A stretch of DNA of 64,000 nt from Isurus oxyrinchus (Eukaryota), in NCBI GenBank assembly GCA_026770705.1, contig JANJGN010000002.1, positions 210,800,001 through 210,864,000 on the forward strand, written 5' to 3'. How positions within the stretch are numbered: position 1 is the first letter of the stretch; each line of letters opens with the position of its first letter. A program made the position numbers and the translations under genes. The notes beneath the pieces are model-generated. The model did not search any database. It was not told where the DNA came from and worked only from the letters and a program-made list of their open reading frames with translations. Below are positions 50,483-62,689 of the stretch, one piece after another.

Positions 50483-52215
50483 TGCAGGAGTTCCTCAGGA
50501 TAGTGTCCTGGACCCAACCACTTTCAGCTGCTTCATCAATGACCTTCCCTCCATCATAAGGTCAGAAGTGGGATGTTCACTGATGATTGCACAATGTTCA
50601 GCACCATTCATGACTCCTCAAATATTAAAGCAGGTGGTGTTCATTTGCAGGCAAGACCTGAACAACATTCAGGTTGGACTTATAAGTGGCAAGTAACATT
50701 CATGCCACATAAGTGCCAAGCAATGACCATCTCCAACAAGTGAGAAACTAACTATCTTACCTTGACATTCAATAGTATTACCATCACTAAATCCCAAACT
50801 ATCAACATCCAGGCCATTACTATTGGCCAGAAACTGAATATAAATATTGTGGCTACAAGAACAGGTCAGAGGTTGGGAATTCTGTGGTGAGTAACTCGCT
50901 TCCTGACTCCCCAAAGCTTGTCCACCATCTCCAAGGCACAAATCGGGAATGTGCTGGAATACTGTTATGACTGATGCAGTTTGTACAGCTGAGTTATTTA
51001 AAAATCCCAGAGGGAAACTTTAAACAAATGTCATAACCAATCATTTTAAATGTTATGTTTGAGATGTGACTCTAAATTCAGGAATCAGACCCCCAGTTCT
51101 CGAGGTTTTACATTAAACTAAATGAAACATTTTATTAATTTACACAGGTTAGAATATATATAACATGGCTACAAATTACTACTATTATCATTTTTAATAA
51201 ATTCTCAAACTAATCTCCATTAAGGCAACAACAATCCATAGACTTAACACAGACATCAGGCAAAGCATTTTCACTTTACGAATTCAAAATGAGGTTATTT
51301 TCACTTTGGTTCCCGTGGAGCCAGTTGGAGGCTTACAGCTGCCTTTTGTCTCACATTGCCTCTGCTCTGCACACCGCAAAATTGCTGAAATTATACCTAC
51401 CACTGCCCATTGAATGTTAATTCTCATTGTATCAACAGCCTCTAAACTAAACCCCTCTAATGATACAACCCCTTTCATAGTACCAATTTTATTAGTAATC
51501 TAAACATATTGCTTTGTATCTGCTAGATAGACATCAGTTTTCACCCCACTTCTTGAATACTCTATTCAAAAAATGCAGATACACACTATCTCGCTTACAT
51601 ATCAAAATTAGTACACATCAAAACACTCAGACTAACTGGCTTTAATCCAGTTAAGATACACCCACAGATTAAACCTCTATTTTAAAATAAAAATATTTTC
51701 CAAAAATATTACATACATTAATAGCTTCATGACAAATACTCTGCACTTGCCTTGATGAGTGAACTCCAAGAACACTCGAGAAGCTTGACACCATTGAGGA
51801 CAAAGATACACTTGATTGGCATCCCATCTACCACCTAAAACATTCACTCCTTCCACCACTGATGCACTGTATCACTTACAAGATGCACTGCAGTAACTGA
51901 CCAAGGTTCATTCAACAGCATCTTCCAAACCTGTGACCCCTACCACCTAGAAGGTCAAGGGCAGCAGATGTATGAGAACACCATCACCTGCAAGTTCCCC
52001 TCCAAGCCACTCCTGACTTGGAAATATATTACCGTCCCTTCACTGTTGCTCGGTCAAAATCCTGGAGATCCCTTCCAAACTGCACTGTGGGTGTACCTGC
52101 ACCACATAGACTGCAGCGGTTCAAGAAGGCAGCTCACCACCATCTTCTCAAGAGCAATTTGGGATGGGCAATAGATACTGGTTGAGCCGGCAAAGCACAC
52201 TTTCCATGACAGAAT
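50483..52215 (+). mobile_element. L2/CR1-like LINE fragment split by a solo LTR
   Basis: Colinear with 42115-43060 on both sides of the LTR. Confidence 0.85.
50963..51734. mobile_element. Solo LTR (772 bp) with 5-bp TSD
   Basis: TGTTATGA...TCATGACA termini; AATAC at 50958-50962 and 51735-51739. Confidence 0.88.
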
Positions 52216-53726
52216 AAGTTTTTAAAAAAACACAGAACAAGCAGGTTTCAGCTAGCAAATTCAGCAGTGGCTTCCACTCGTTCAGAAACAGTATAATTGA
52301 CTGATTGAAATAAATTGCTAAGATCAGCATTTAATGTACATGAGAAGTGATCAGGCACGTGACACAAAGTATGGAATTAAAGCCAGTTGCATATAATTAC
52401 TCTGCATTCAAAGTTTAAAACTATTGTGAACTAAGTATTTTGGACCAGTTTGGTTGCAAGTAGACTTTGAGGTAGACTTGAGAGAAGCTAGGAGCTACAA
52501 AGAGTCATGTGGACTCTGTCTCCCTTTCAAGTCAATATTTGTCTGGATCATGTTAAGTTTCTTGGTATTCCAAAGAGGTGAGCTCTACAATGCCAATACC
52601 CCACAATATACCATCCATACTCTTTTGTGATCTTGTTTATCGGAATTGTCACAGGACTGCAAATGATAAAAAAATACTTTTAGAGATACATGTGTCGCTT
52701 AATTATGATTCCACTTGCATGTGGCTCACCATGGCAAAAGGTTAAAAAACATTTGGCTGTATCAGACATAAGTATATTTGGACAGGCATTTAGAATAGGT
52801 TCTCAGTTGAACCTAAATGCACAGAAATGAATAGTGTAGAAATTCATTAATGGGAATAAATTGCACGCAGGACAAGGCCATGGGGTGAGACTTTATGTAG
52901 CAAATATTTAATTTTTTTTGTTAACTTAAAATCCAGTATTGCAGTTTGATCAGAATTTGACTGGTTGCACTTTCTACTGACACTCCAGCCTTCCTGCAAT
53001 GATGCCTTTGTTCTACACACTGAGGGAATTGAGTAACATCCATTTTTTTGAATGCTGTAATTAAGTAGGTGGAACAGTAAAGCTAAATTGGTGCATTGTG
53101 GCAATTTTATGCTATTTAAATGAGTACACAAGCCACATAGACCGGGATTTTAGTGGACTGATGGGGGCCTCGCTCACCAGTTGGAGAACTGGCAGGGAAA
53201 CCTGATCAATTCCGTGGAGGAGCCTTATGGGATCAAGTGTCCCTCAGGCACTTAATTGGCCACTGTCAGGCCTTCCCCGTGATTGAGGACCCTGGTGGCA
53301 GAAGTCCCGCCTGCTGAGAGCTGCCAGCCGCTTGGAGGCCAGCATCTCCTTGTGCCACCAGAGGGAGCAGTGGCTGCTGTCAGCAATGCACCAACCCAAG
53401 GCCCAGGATAACAGAGGGATCCCAGGCCACAGGTGATTGAAGGTCAGATGGGCGACTTAGGATGGGGTTCACTGGAGGGGTGAAGGGCATCAGAGACAAG
53501 GGCAGGTAGGTGGTTTTCAGCTTCCAACCCCCTTGCCCAATGCCAGGTCCCTCAATTGAGCCCAGAGTGCCTGATAATGATGGACACTCCCACCCTCAGG
53601 AGGTCACTGGCAAACCCAATAGGTTTTGCCAGGCAGCCTTCCAAGGGCTCGGGAGGCCTATACAGCCTCCATTTAATCCCTGAAGCACCACTTAGTTACT
53701 TATTTCTCAGTGCATTGTCCGTGTTT

Positions 53727-54107
53727 CTACTTGGAGCTGGTGTACTTGGTCACCGCCTTGGTGCCCTCCGACACGGCGTGCTTGGCCAGCTCCCCGGGCA
53801 GCAGCAGGCGCACAGCGGTCTGAATCTCCCGGGAGCTGATGGTGCTGCGCTTGATGTAGTGGGCCAGGTGGGAAGCCTCGCCGGCAATGCGCTCGAAGAT
53901 GTCGTTGACAAAGGAGATCATGATGCTCATGGCCTTGGAGGCGATGCCGGTGTCCGGGTGGACCTGCTTCATCACCTTGTAGATGTAGATGGAGTAGCTC
54001 TCCTTCCTGGATCTCTTCCTCTTCTTGCCGCTCTTGGGCGGCGTTTTCTTGATGATTTTTTTCGCGCCCTTCTTGGCCGCTCCTGTTGCCTTTTTCTCGT
54101 CAGCCAT
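53727..54107 (-). CDS. H2B: Histone H2B, intact 126-aa ORF; isolated intronic copy (orphon/retrocopy, possibly non-functional)
   Basis: [17 protein letters not shown]...[22 protein letters not shown]...[34 protein letters not shown]. CpG-rich; no stem-loop, TATA/octamer or neighbouring histone genes visible. Confidence 0.95.
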   Translation of the reverse strand: MADEKKATGAAKKGAKKIIKKTPPKSGKKRKRSRKESYSIYIYKVMKQVHPDTGIASKAMSIMISFVNDIFERIAGEASHLAHYIKRSTISSREIQTAVRLLLPGELAKHAVSEGTKAVTKYTSSK

Positions 54108-54247
54108 CGCCACTCTCAACTCGCAACGTAGACTTACAAAATTTATTTTTAATTAGGTGGAACCAGCGAAGCCAGTCATCCGTCCTTTTCGTAGACTTAG
54201 AGTATTGTAGGCACTTGTGCTGAGAGTTTTCTGCTGTCATTACCCCT

Positions 54248-54318
54248 CTGGAAAAACTCAGCAGCATCGGCGGAGAAGAAAAGAGTTGACGTTTCGAGTC
54301 GTCATGACCCTGAGTGAG
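54248..54318 (-). mobile_element. PLE terminal-repeat fragment (3' half of hammerhead), internally deleted
   Basis: ctggaaaaactcagcagcatcggcggagaagaaaagagttgacgtttcgagtcgtcatgaccc matches the 34273-34344 arm, minus a 9-nt and a ~12-nt deletion. Confidence 0.88.
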
Positions 54319-57300
54319 GCTTCAGTAGACTAACCCTTGGACTCGAGGAAAAAGGGTGTCAGTTGGCTCATTAATTAGTCTAATTGACATCCTGCCCTGG
54401 CGACCATATGTCCCACATCAATCCATTCCGCCCACTGACTTAATAGGCAGAGGTTTTCCTGCTGCCAGGACACTGACAAAGTGCCCTCTCCCATGATTAA
54501 ATGGGCTCAGCCCTCATAGTTCCCATATTGTTGGGCTGTATAAAATCCAGCTCATAATATATTTCAACTTCCAACAGAGCATGCAATGCATGGTGTGGTA
54601 GAAAGTTCCAGAAGCTTCTTGCTGGAAATCATCAACCTTTATTTAAAGTTAATAGGTACGCAGCTATTTTGTTGAGCAATTTAACTGAGACTTCAGCAAA
54701 ATTATAAAACTGCTGTTGAAAAAAGAAAGACAGCATTCAATAGTAATGTCACAATAAAGAAGATAAACTGAGAATATCGACATCATTGCAAATATGAATG
54801 AGTTAATAAAGCCGGTGCAAACATTCCTTAAAACATTAAAACCAATTCCAGTGAGCATAAATTGGAGAAAAAGGCTTTAATATAACTGTTTGTTGCAGAA
54901 GTGGGTAATGAGGATGATGTGCCAACTCTGAAGCCTTCGGCACAAGTTGTGCAGTATTGTGTCCCAACTCAATGGCCCAGAATTCACACTCAGCAATGAT
55001 GGCGCTGGCTGCTCACCTTTCTGATAGCTGCTAACAAAGATTTGAAGTAAAGTGGAGTTTTGACCATGTGACTGTATTGACCAATTGCTGCACAGCATGG
55101 GCTTCTTGAGTAACTGGGAAGTCTAGAGCTGGAGGTGATTGAAGAAGCATACATGGTGTCAGTGCTCTGTTCTTAGTCCCAATAAACCATCAGTGTTTGT
55201 TCAGTTAATCGGTCTCTCTGCCTATATTGTTTCAAGCCACTAACTAATGTATTAATATCAAGGGCTCAGCTTGCGTTCGCTGGACAAAGTGAATCTGATA
55301 ACCAAAAACATAAAACTGGCGATGAGGATAAACCAGATCAATTGACGGCAATCAAGAAAGCCGCAGTAAGGCAGCTACGTTACTTCGCCACTACCTTGAA
55401 AGCCTTGAAAGTGCAGTCTCCTTAGTCATCGAGTATACTGCGGTTTGGGCATCTTGAACCATTCAAACCCATTTCTGACGGCTGGTCTCATTACGTTGAA
55501 TGCCTAGTGTTCTTATTTACTGCTAACGACATCATGGGGAGGACAAGAAGAGGGCGATTCTTTTGTCCACATGCGGGAGCAAAACATAGGCGGCTGATCC
55601 GCAGCCTCACGTCACCTAACACTCCTGCACTATGCAGCGTTTTAAATTCAATTCAAGGAATAGGCTTCCAGGAGAGACAATCACTGGCTATGTAGCGGCT
55701 TTAAAGGAATTAACAGAATATTGAGAGTTCAGAACTTCAACTAATGACATGTTGAGAGACGAATGATATGCGGAATCGGGGGAATTGGGGATGATGCTAT
55801 TCAAAAGCAATTGCTATCTGAAACTGACCTAGTCTTCAGTAAGGCATTATAATTGGCAACAGCCATGGAGAGCGCTGTTAGAGACTCGGAGGCAATAAAA
55901 GATACAGAAAATGGCGCCGTCCATCTTGTAGGACGGGATGGTCCAGTAACAAACGATGCAAAAGCGTCGGACTTCAGAGAAAGGCAGGGAACGCCCACTA
56001 TGAACAGACCATTGAAGAATAACAGTACTACAGTGAAAGCCCACGACATTAATGAGAGAAATGCATCCAGGCAGCCTGCAAGCAATCAACAGTTCAGAAA
56101 TATCAAATGCTTTTTCCGTCACTGAAATGGTCACTTAATGCAGCGCTGTCAAGATAGGCTGAGACAGCATTTTGAAAACAAAGGTAGAAATCACGAAATC
56201 TGTCTCGTTGAAGAACCAGAGGAAACAGAATCTGACATCTATTCATTATGCATCCTGAAAGTGGGGAGAACTGACCCATTCCAGGTGGTCATTAGAGTCA
56301 ATGAACAATCAAGATGGAGGTTGATACTGGGGCATCAATGTCTGCTGTAGGAGAACATACTTTCAGACGCTTGAATAAAGGAATCCATCCTTTAAGTTTG
56401 GAAGAATCAGACACTAAATTAAAACATATACAGATAAAGAAACAAGAGTGAAAGGGGTTTGTCAAAGCTCTGGTGCAGTATGGGGATCAGTTTGCAAATT
56501 TATCCCTTATAGTAGTTGCTGGGGTAGGCTCCAGTTTAATTGGTTGCAACTGGCTCAAAAAGATTAAATTGCAATGGGCCTAGATTTTTCAAATCAGCAC
56601 AAGAAACCTACAGTAATTGTCACAAAAGTACGCTTCTATTTTCAGTGATGAGCTAGAATTCATGAGCTACAAGCCAAAATCCGTGTAGACCCTAACGCAA
56701 CTCCCAGATTTATCAGAGCCAGACAGTCCCTTATGCTCTATGGTACAGGGTCGAGACTGAGGTAAACAGGCTGGAAAAGTTGTGTATCTTACAACCGGTG
56801 CAATTTTCCAAGTGGGCGGCACCAGCCATAATACCTGTAGTGAAACCAGACCAAAGTATTCCCTTATGCAGTGCCTGTAAGTTAACTGTAAACAGAGTGG
56901 CCAAATTTGATAGACACCTAATACTGTAGATTTACGAATTATATTCAAAATTGGCAGGGAGCATCACATATTCAAAACTTGACATGAGCCATGCTTACCA
57001 GCAGGTAGAGTTGGAAGAAGGCTCTAGGGAACTTGTGACCATCAATACACATCGAGGATTGTATCACTATACTTGTCAACCCTTTGAGGTCTCATTGTCA
57101 TGTGCTATTTTCCAGCGTTCCATGGAAACTCTGCTTCAGGGACTGTCCCATGTCGTCATTTATCTGGATGATGTCTTAGTTACTGGACGAACTTACAAAG
57201 AGCACTTAGCTAATTTGGAGGAGGTGCTGAAATGCTTCTCACAAGTGGGGGGTGTTCTTGAAGTGAGAAAAATGTCTTTTCCAAGCCGAAGAGGTAGTTA

Positions 57301-59433
57301 ACTTGGGCCATAAGTTTGACATGCAGGGCCTACATCCCGGAGAAGAAAAGGTCAAGGCTATTCGGGAGGCACCTGCACCAAGAAACACTACAGAACTAAA
57401 GGCTGCCTTAGGCATGATAAACTACTATGGGCGATTTCTCCCAAATTTATCAACCATACTTGCTCAAAGCGTATTGAGCGTATTGCTTAAAAATAAATAA
57501 ATGGATTTGGCAAGCTCCACACCAGGATGCATTTCTGAAAGTAAAGCAATTGTTAAGATCATTGGCCCTGCTGGTCCACTTTGGACCCAAAGAAAGAATT
57601 GGTTTTAACTTGCGGCACATCCCCTTATGGAGTAGGGGCTGTACTTTCACATCGGATGGCAGATGGCTCCAAACGACCCACTGGTTATACGACTTGCATG
57701 CTCAGTGCTGCAGAGCGATGATATTCTCAAATTGAGGAGGAGGGTTTGTCTGTTGTGTTTGGTGTTCGGAAATTCCATCAATGCCTCCACGGTCGCCATT
57801 TTCACATTTTATCCGACCACACGCCTCTGCTGGGATTATTTGGAGAAGATAAGACAATACCCCCCCATCGCATCTGCTTGCATCCTGAGGTGGGCACTGG
57901 TATTGGCTGCTTACGAAAGCACTTTTATTCACCAATCAGGAAGCCAGATCACAAATGCTGATGTACTGAGCTGCTGCCCTTGCCAGATAATAACGTGAAG
58001 GTTCCAATTCCCCAGGAACTTGCCTTCATACTAAATTTTTTGGATTCCTCCCCTGTCCAGGTCAAACAAATCTGTGAGTGGACAAGCCAAGATCCATATT
58101 TATCTCACATCCGGGAGCTGATATTAAAAGGATGGTCAGGTGAGCCAAAGTCTGATGACATGTAGCCCTATTTCAAACATAGATATGAGGTCACCTGCCA
58201 GGACGGCATATTGCTCTGGGGAGCAAGGGTTATCGTGCCCCCGAGAGGGCGAAGATCATTACTGGCCAAACTACATTGCAGTCACCCTGGCATTAGTAGG
58301 ATGAAGATACTCGTACGCAGCTGGTTGTGGTGGCCAAGGATGGACATGGACATTGAAACCCTAATCAAAAGTTGTCTTCAATATCAACAGGTACAAAAGC
58401 TACCACCCCCTTAGCTCCATTGCACCCCAGGGAATGGCTGGGGTGGTCATGGGTGCACCTCCATGTCAACCACGTCATGCCCTTCTTGGACACAATCTTC
58501 CTTTTACTAATAGATGCCCACTCCAAGTGGATAGATGTCTAAGAAGTCTGGTCACCCACATCTGCTGCCACCATAGACTGTTTGCAACAGGTTTTTGCAG
58601 TACATGGGTTACCAGAGGTACTTGAGTCAGACAATGGTGCTACATTTACCAATGGGGAGTTCCACAGGTTTACGATCCTCAATGGAATAACCCATATCAA
58701 AGTCTCACCTTACCACCCCACCTCTAATGATTTGGCTTCTGAGACCCCCTTCTCAGGGGTCAACTGTCCACCAGGCTCTTCGGCTGAGCGGGCGATCCAA
58801 ATTTTTAAGCCCGGAGTGAAAAAGCTGGACAGGGTTTTCATCAGCACTAGATTGTCACGATTCCTGCATGCCTCCCAGATGACCACCTCTATCGCCCCCA
58901 ATGAATCACTAATGAAGAGACATCTCTGCACTAGTCTTAACTCTTATCAGGCTGAGTTTAGGGGGAAGGGTGGAGAGAAGCCAAGAGACCCAGAAGGCAA
59001 GACATGATGGCCATAATCATGAAAGAAATTTCACAGTAGGAGACACAGTTCTCACAAAGAACTTTGGAGATGGGCCCAATTGGCTATTAGGTGAAGTGAG
59101 TGCCATGACAGGACCTCTCTCCTATAATGTGTCGGTAAATGGCCTAATAATTAGACAACACGTGGACTATCTCCAGAGAAGAGAGACAATCCCAAAAGAA
59201 GGAACGCCATCATCATTTGCATTTGAGTCTGCACGTGGGAGAAATGTCACATGATTTGGAAGTACCGGTGGGGCCTGTTGGACCCAAGAGAGTTGAAGAC
59301 ATAAATTTGCCCACTTCCAACAAAGAGCCTGGTGGACAGTTGACCCCAGAGAAGGGGGTTCTCAGAAAACCAGCCGAGGTCGTTGAGCTACAACGCTTGA
59401 CACTTTCAAGGAAGCCTCTGAGAGACTTGACTT

Positions 59434-59472
59434 AGTTCTGATGAAGAGTCATACGGACTCGAAACATAAACT
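59434..59472 (+). ncRNA. Minimal hammerhead motif with canonical CUGAUGA core
   Basis: AGTT-CTGATGA-A-GAGTC-ATACG-GACTC-GAAAC-ATA-AACT. Confidence 0.72.
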
Positions 59473-59537
59473 GTATTCCTCTCCGCAGATGCTGTCAGAC
59501 CTGCTGAGTTTTTCCAGCTATTTTTATTTTTGTTTCA
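59434..59537 (+). mobile_element. Solo PLE terminal repeat inserted in the Gypsy 3' region
   Basis: Flanked by gaagcctctgagagacttgactt (59411-59433 and 59538-59560). Confidence 0.9.
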
Positions 59538-60769
59538 GAAGCCTCTGAGAGACTTGACTTGTAAATAGTTATTCATGTAAATAATTGGGATGTTGTGAAG
59601 CTTGTCAATTGTACTTTCAAGTAAAGGGGGAGGTATGTAGTAAAGTGAAGTGCTATGTACCTTTAAGAAAATATAGTTAGTTGGCCATGTGGCTGTATTG
59701 ACCAATCGCTGCACAGCATGGGTAACTGCTAAGTCTAAAGCTTGAGTTGATTGAAGAAGCACAGTTGGTGTTCATGCTCTGTTCTTCGTTTCAATGAACT
59801 TCCAGTGTTTGTTCAGATAATCAGTCTCTCTGCCTATATTGTTTCAAGCACCAACTAATGTGTTAGTATCGAGGGTGCAGCTCATGTTCGCTGGATAAAG
59901 TGAATCTGATAACCAAAAACATAAAAGGTAGGTACATCAACCAATCAGATTGAGGAATCCTCACTGAGCCACAAAGCGTCTAAACCAGAAAGTATAAAGT
60001 AGGAAGTATAAATAAGATTTAAAGATAGGAAAATACAGATGGGATTAAGGGAGAGAGATAAAAGAGAGAGACAGAAAAAGTTTTAAAAAATCTTAAAATC
60101 TTGGACATTAATTTTCTACTGAGGAAATGCGATTGTACATTTGTAAACTTTATTTTTTTCAGGGCCAGAGAGACTGCTTGCTGTTAAAAACAGACTTACA
60201 GCTGATTGCATCAGTCTTAACATTTTTGGTCATTTTCAGTGTGGAATTAGTGGACAAGGACAATAATTCATGTGTTGCATTGTGGAGTCTATTGGCAAAG
60301 ACTACAACCATACAGTCTATGGAAAAGCTGGCTATCTCTGACAGCAACGCATGGATTTCCGCTTTTAACAGTGCCAGAAGGTGCTGCAAATTTAATAAGC
60401 AATAATGGTTATTATTACAGCAAAATCCAAGCCAATTGCCTCATATTTGTGAAGACTTGGGAGGGGAAGAGTGAACTCCTGCTTAACAGCATTGGATGTT
60501 AAGAGTATGTTCCTAATGCAGCGAGTGCTGTGAGTGGTCCTTACAAATCATGGTTCTCACATCTCCATTCAAATTATAGTCTGACAATAATCTGCTCAAC
60601 TCCAGAATATAATTGAAGACATCTGCCAGCTAGGGAGCTGGTTGGAGAAACAGCTCTCTGTAACTTTTGGTGCATTCTATGCTTACCTGTCTCTATATCA
60701 GTTCACTACACTTTCAGTCTCTGCCACTTTTCCAGGCTTTTCCAGCACACTTCATTTTATTAGGGTCAA

Positions 60770-61085
60770 TGTGGGGAGATGTTTCCTCTTGTGGGAGACT
60801 CTAGTAATAGAGGCCACTGTTTAAAAATAAGAGGTCGCCCATTTAGGACAGATATGAGGAGAATTTTTTTCTCTGAGGGTTGAGAGCCTTTGGAACTCTC
60901 TTCCTCAAAAGGTGGTGGAAGTAGAGTCCTTGAATATTTTTAGGGCAGCTATAGATAGATTCTTGATAAGCAAGGGCTGAAAGGTTATCGGGCGTAGGCA
61001 GGAAGGTGGGGTTGAAGTTACAATCAGATCAGCCATGATATTATGGGCCAAATGGCCTCCTCCAGCTCTTTGTTCGCATGTTTGT
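60770..61085 (+). mobile_element. CR1 3' end fragment
   Basis: Reverse complement of the CR1 tails at 20790-21050 and 47450-47770. Confidence 0.85.
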
Positions 61086-61559
61086 ATGTATGCTATATTT
61101 TTCTCAGATTTGCTGAAGTTTGTGTTGCTCAATGGACCTTGATACTAGAGTTCATGGATATCTTATGAGATAAAGAGGAAAAAGAGTGGCAATTGGTAGG
61201 AACCATTGCCAATATTTCAGCTTTGCAACTGCAGCATATAATGCTCCCAATCAGTCTGACTAATCTTACATTTTCAAAAAATTAAACGTCTGGGGCCCCT
61301 GCAATGAGTTGCCCATGGTCATTATTTTCTTTAGGACTGAAAAAAATCATCAATAGATGATGGCTCTTATCATCTATTTTAATCTTCTGGGTAGTTATAC
61401 TCCGCTAAATTAACAATTATGATACACTTTGTAGACTTTACCTTCAGTAACAGCCATAATTCCAGTGGGAGACTTGTGGAACCCAGCAGCAAATGATAGG
61501 GATCTGGTTGCACCAAATCTCTGCTGTTTTTCTATCTTATGGTGATTCATTGTTTAAAT

Positions 61560-62220
61560 CATAGAATAATACAGCACAGAAGGAGACTGTTCAATTATCC
61601 AATTAATCTCTCTTCCCAGCTTTGTGCCCGTGGCTTTGTAATTTTTTTCCCTTCAAGTATTTATCCAATTCTCTTTAGAAAGTTACAATTTGAATCTGCT
61701 CCCTTTCAGGCAATGCATTCCAGATCACAACAACTCACTGCTTAAAACAATGTTTCCTCACATCACCTCTAGTATTTTACCTCCCACCTTAAATCTGCGT
61801 TCTCAGTTATCAACCCCTCTAGCACTCAAACCAGTTCCTCCTTACATAATCTATCAAGCCGTTCATGATTTTAAACATCCTAGCAAATCTCCTCTTACCC
61901 TAAGGAGAACTTTCCAGCTCTAGTCTCCCCACTTAACTTAAGTCTCTCATTCCTCATACCATTCCAGTAAATCTCTTTTGCACCCTTTCTAAAGCTTTGA
62001 CATCCTTTCTAAAGTGTGGTGCCCAGAATTGAACACCATACTCCATCTGTGACTTTAACCAGTGAATTATTAAGGTTAAATATAACTTCCTTGCTTTTGT
62101 AGTCCATGCTTTGTAAAGCCACATGTCTTTATGACAGCCTTCTCAAGGTATCCTGCCATCTTCCCAGGTATGTGTACAAACAACCCCATGTCTTTGCATT
62201 TGCATGCCCCCTTCAAAATT
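61560..62220 (-). mobile_element. Old CR1 3' fragment
   Basis: catagaa tail; gtgtggtgcccagaattgaacacca (minus VQFWAPH). Confidence 0.7.
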
Positions 62221-62689
62221 GTACATTAGCGTTATTATATTATACCAATGGAGGTACGCAATGATGTTGCAGTCCATGGTGACATCATGGTGCACATGTG
62301 CATAATGGGTGCTGGCAAACGAGGGTGCAGGTGTGATTTTGATGACATTGACACTTTGCTTCATTGTCAAGAGTTGCAATGGAAAATACTGCCTTAGTGG
62401 CTCCATATCGGTACTGTGCAAGCAGAATACAGGAACTTGCAATACAGCATTACAACACTGCTTTGATTGAAATAAGATCCAGCCCATGAAATTTGTTAGC
62501 CATGAGCAGTGTTGAATGAATGGAGGAATAAAATGGAGAGTACAAGAGGAATATGGTAATATACCGACAAAATTTGACCAGGAATTTGAATGAAACCAGT
62601 GAGTTATAGCAAGTTCTGAGCAGCAGCTTATTGTGGGAATTAAAGCAATATTGATTTAGACAGTCTGATTAGAAGATTTTATGTTAAGA

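Larger units (their letters stand above)
53141..54553. mobile_element. GC-rich MITE hosting the H2B/PLE insertion
   Basis: Termini accgggatttta / taaaatccagct; colinear with the 38.4-39.2 kb copy on both sides of ~53685-54312. Confidence 0.6.
55043..59926 (+). mobile_element. Full-length but decayed Ty3/Gypsy LTR retrotransposon (K02A2.6/Mag-like)
   Basis: LTRs 55043-55315 and 59636-59926; PBS tggcgatgaggat 55317-55329 (tRNA-Ser(GCU)-type); PPT aaagggggagg 59623-59633; protease MEVDTGAS, RT YSKLDMSHAYQQ..YLDDVLV, RNase H, integrase HCSHPG..WWP and SDNG. Confidence 0.93.

Noticed and set aside
54108-54119. N-terminal MRVA extension of H2B in the ORF track
   Set aside because: Starts at a TTG; the real initiator is the ATG at 54107 giving a standard 126-aa H2B.
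53556-54131. 191-aa plus-strand ORF
   Set aside because: Antisense shadow of the GC3-rich H2B coding sequence; no independent features.
53680-54325. Imperfect 15-bp inverted repeat (ctgaagcaccactta / tgagtgaggcttcag) as TIRs of an H2B-carrying DNA transposon
   Set aside because: Only 12/15 match, no TSD, and the right copy is explained by PLE plus host-MITE sequence.
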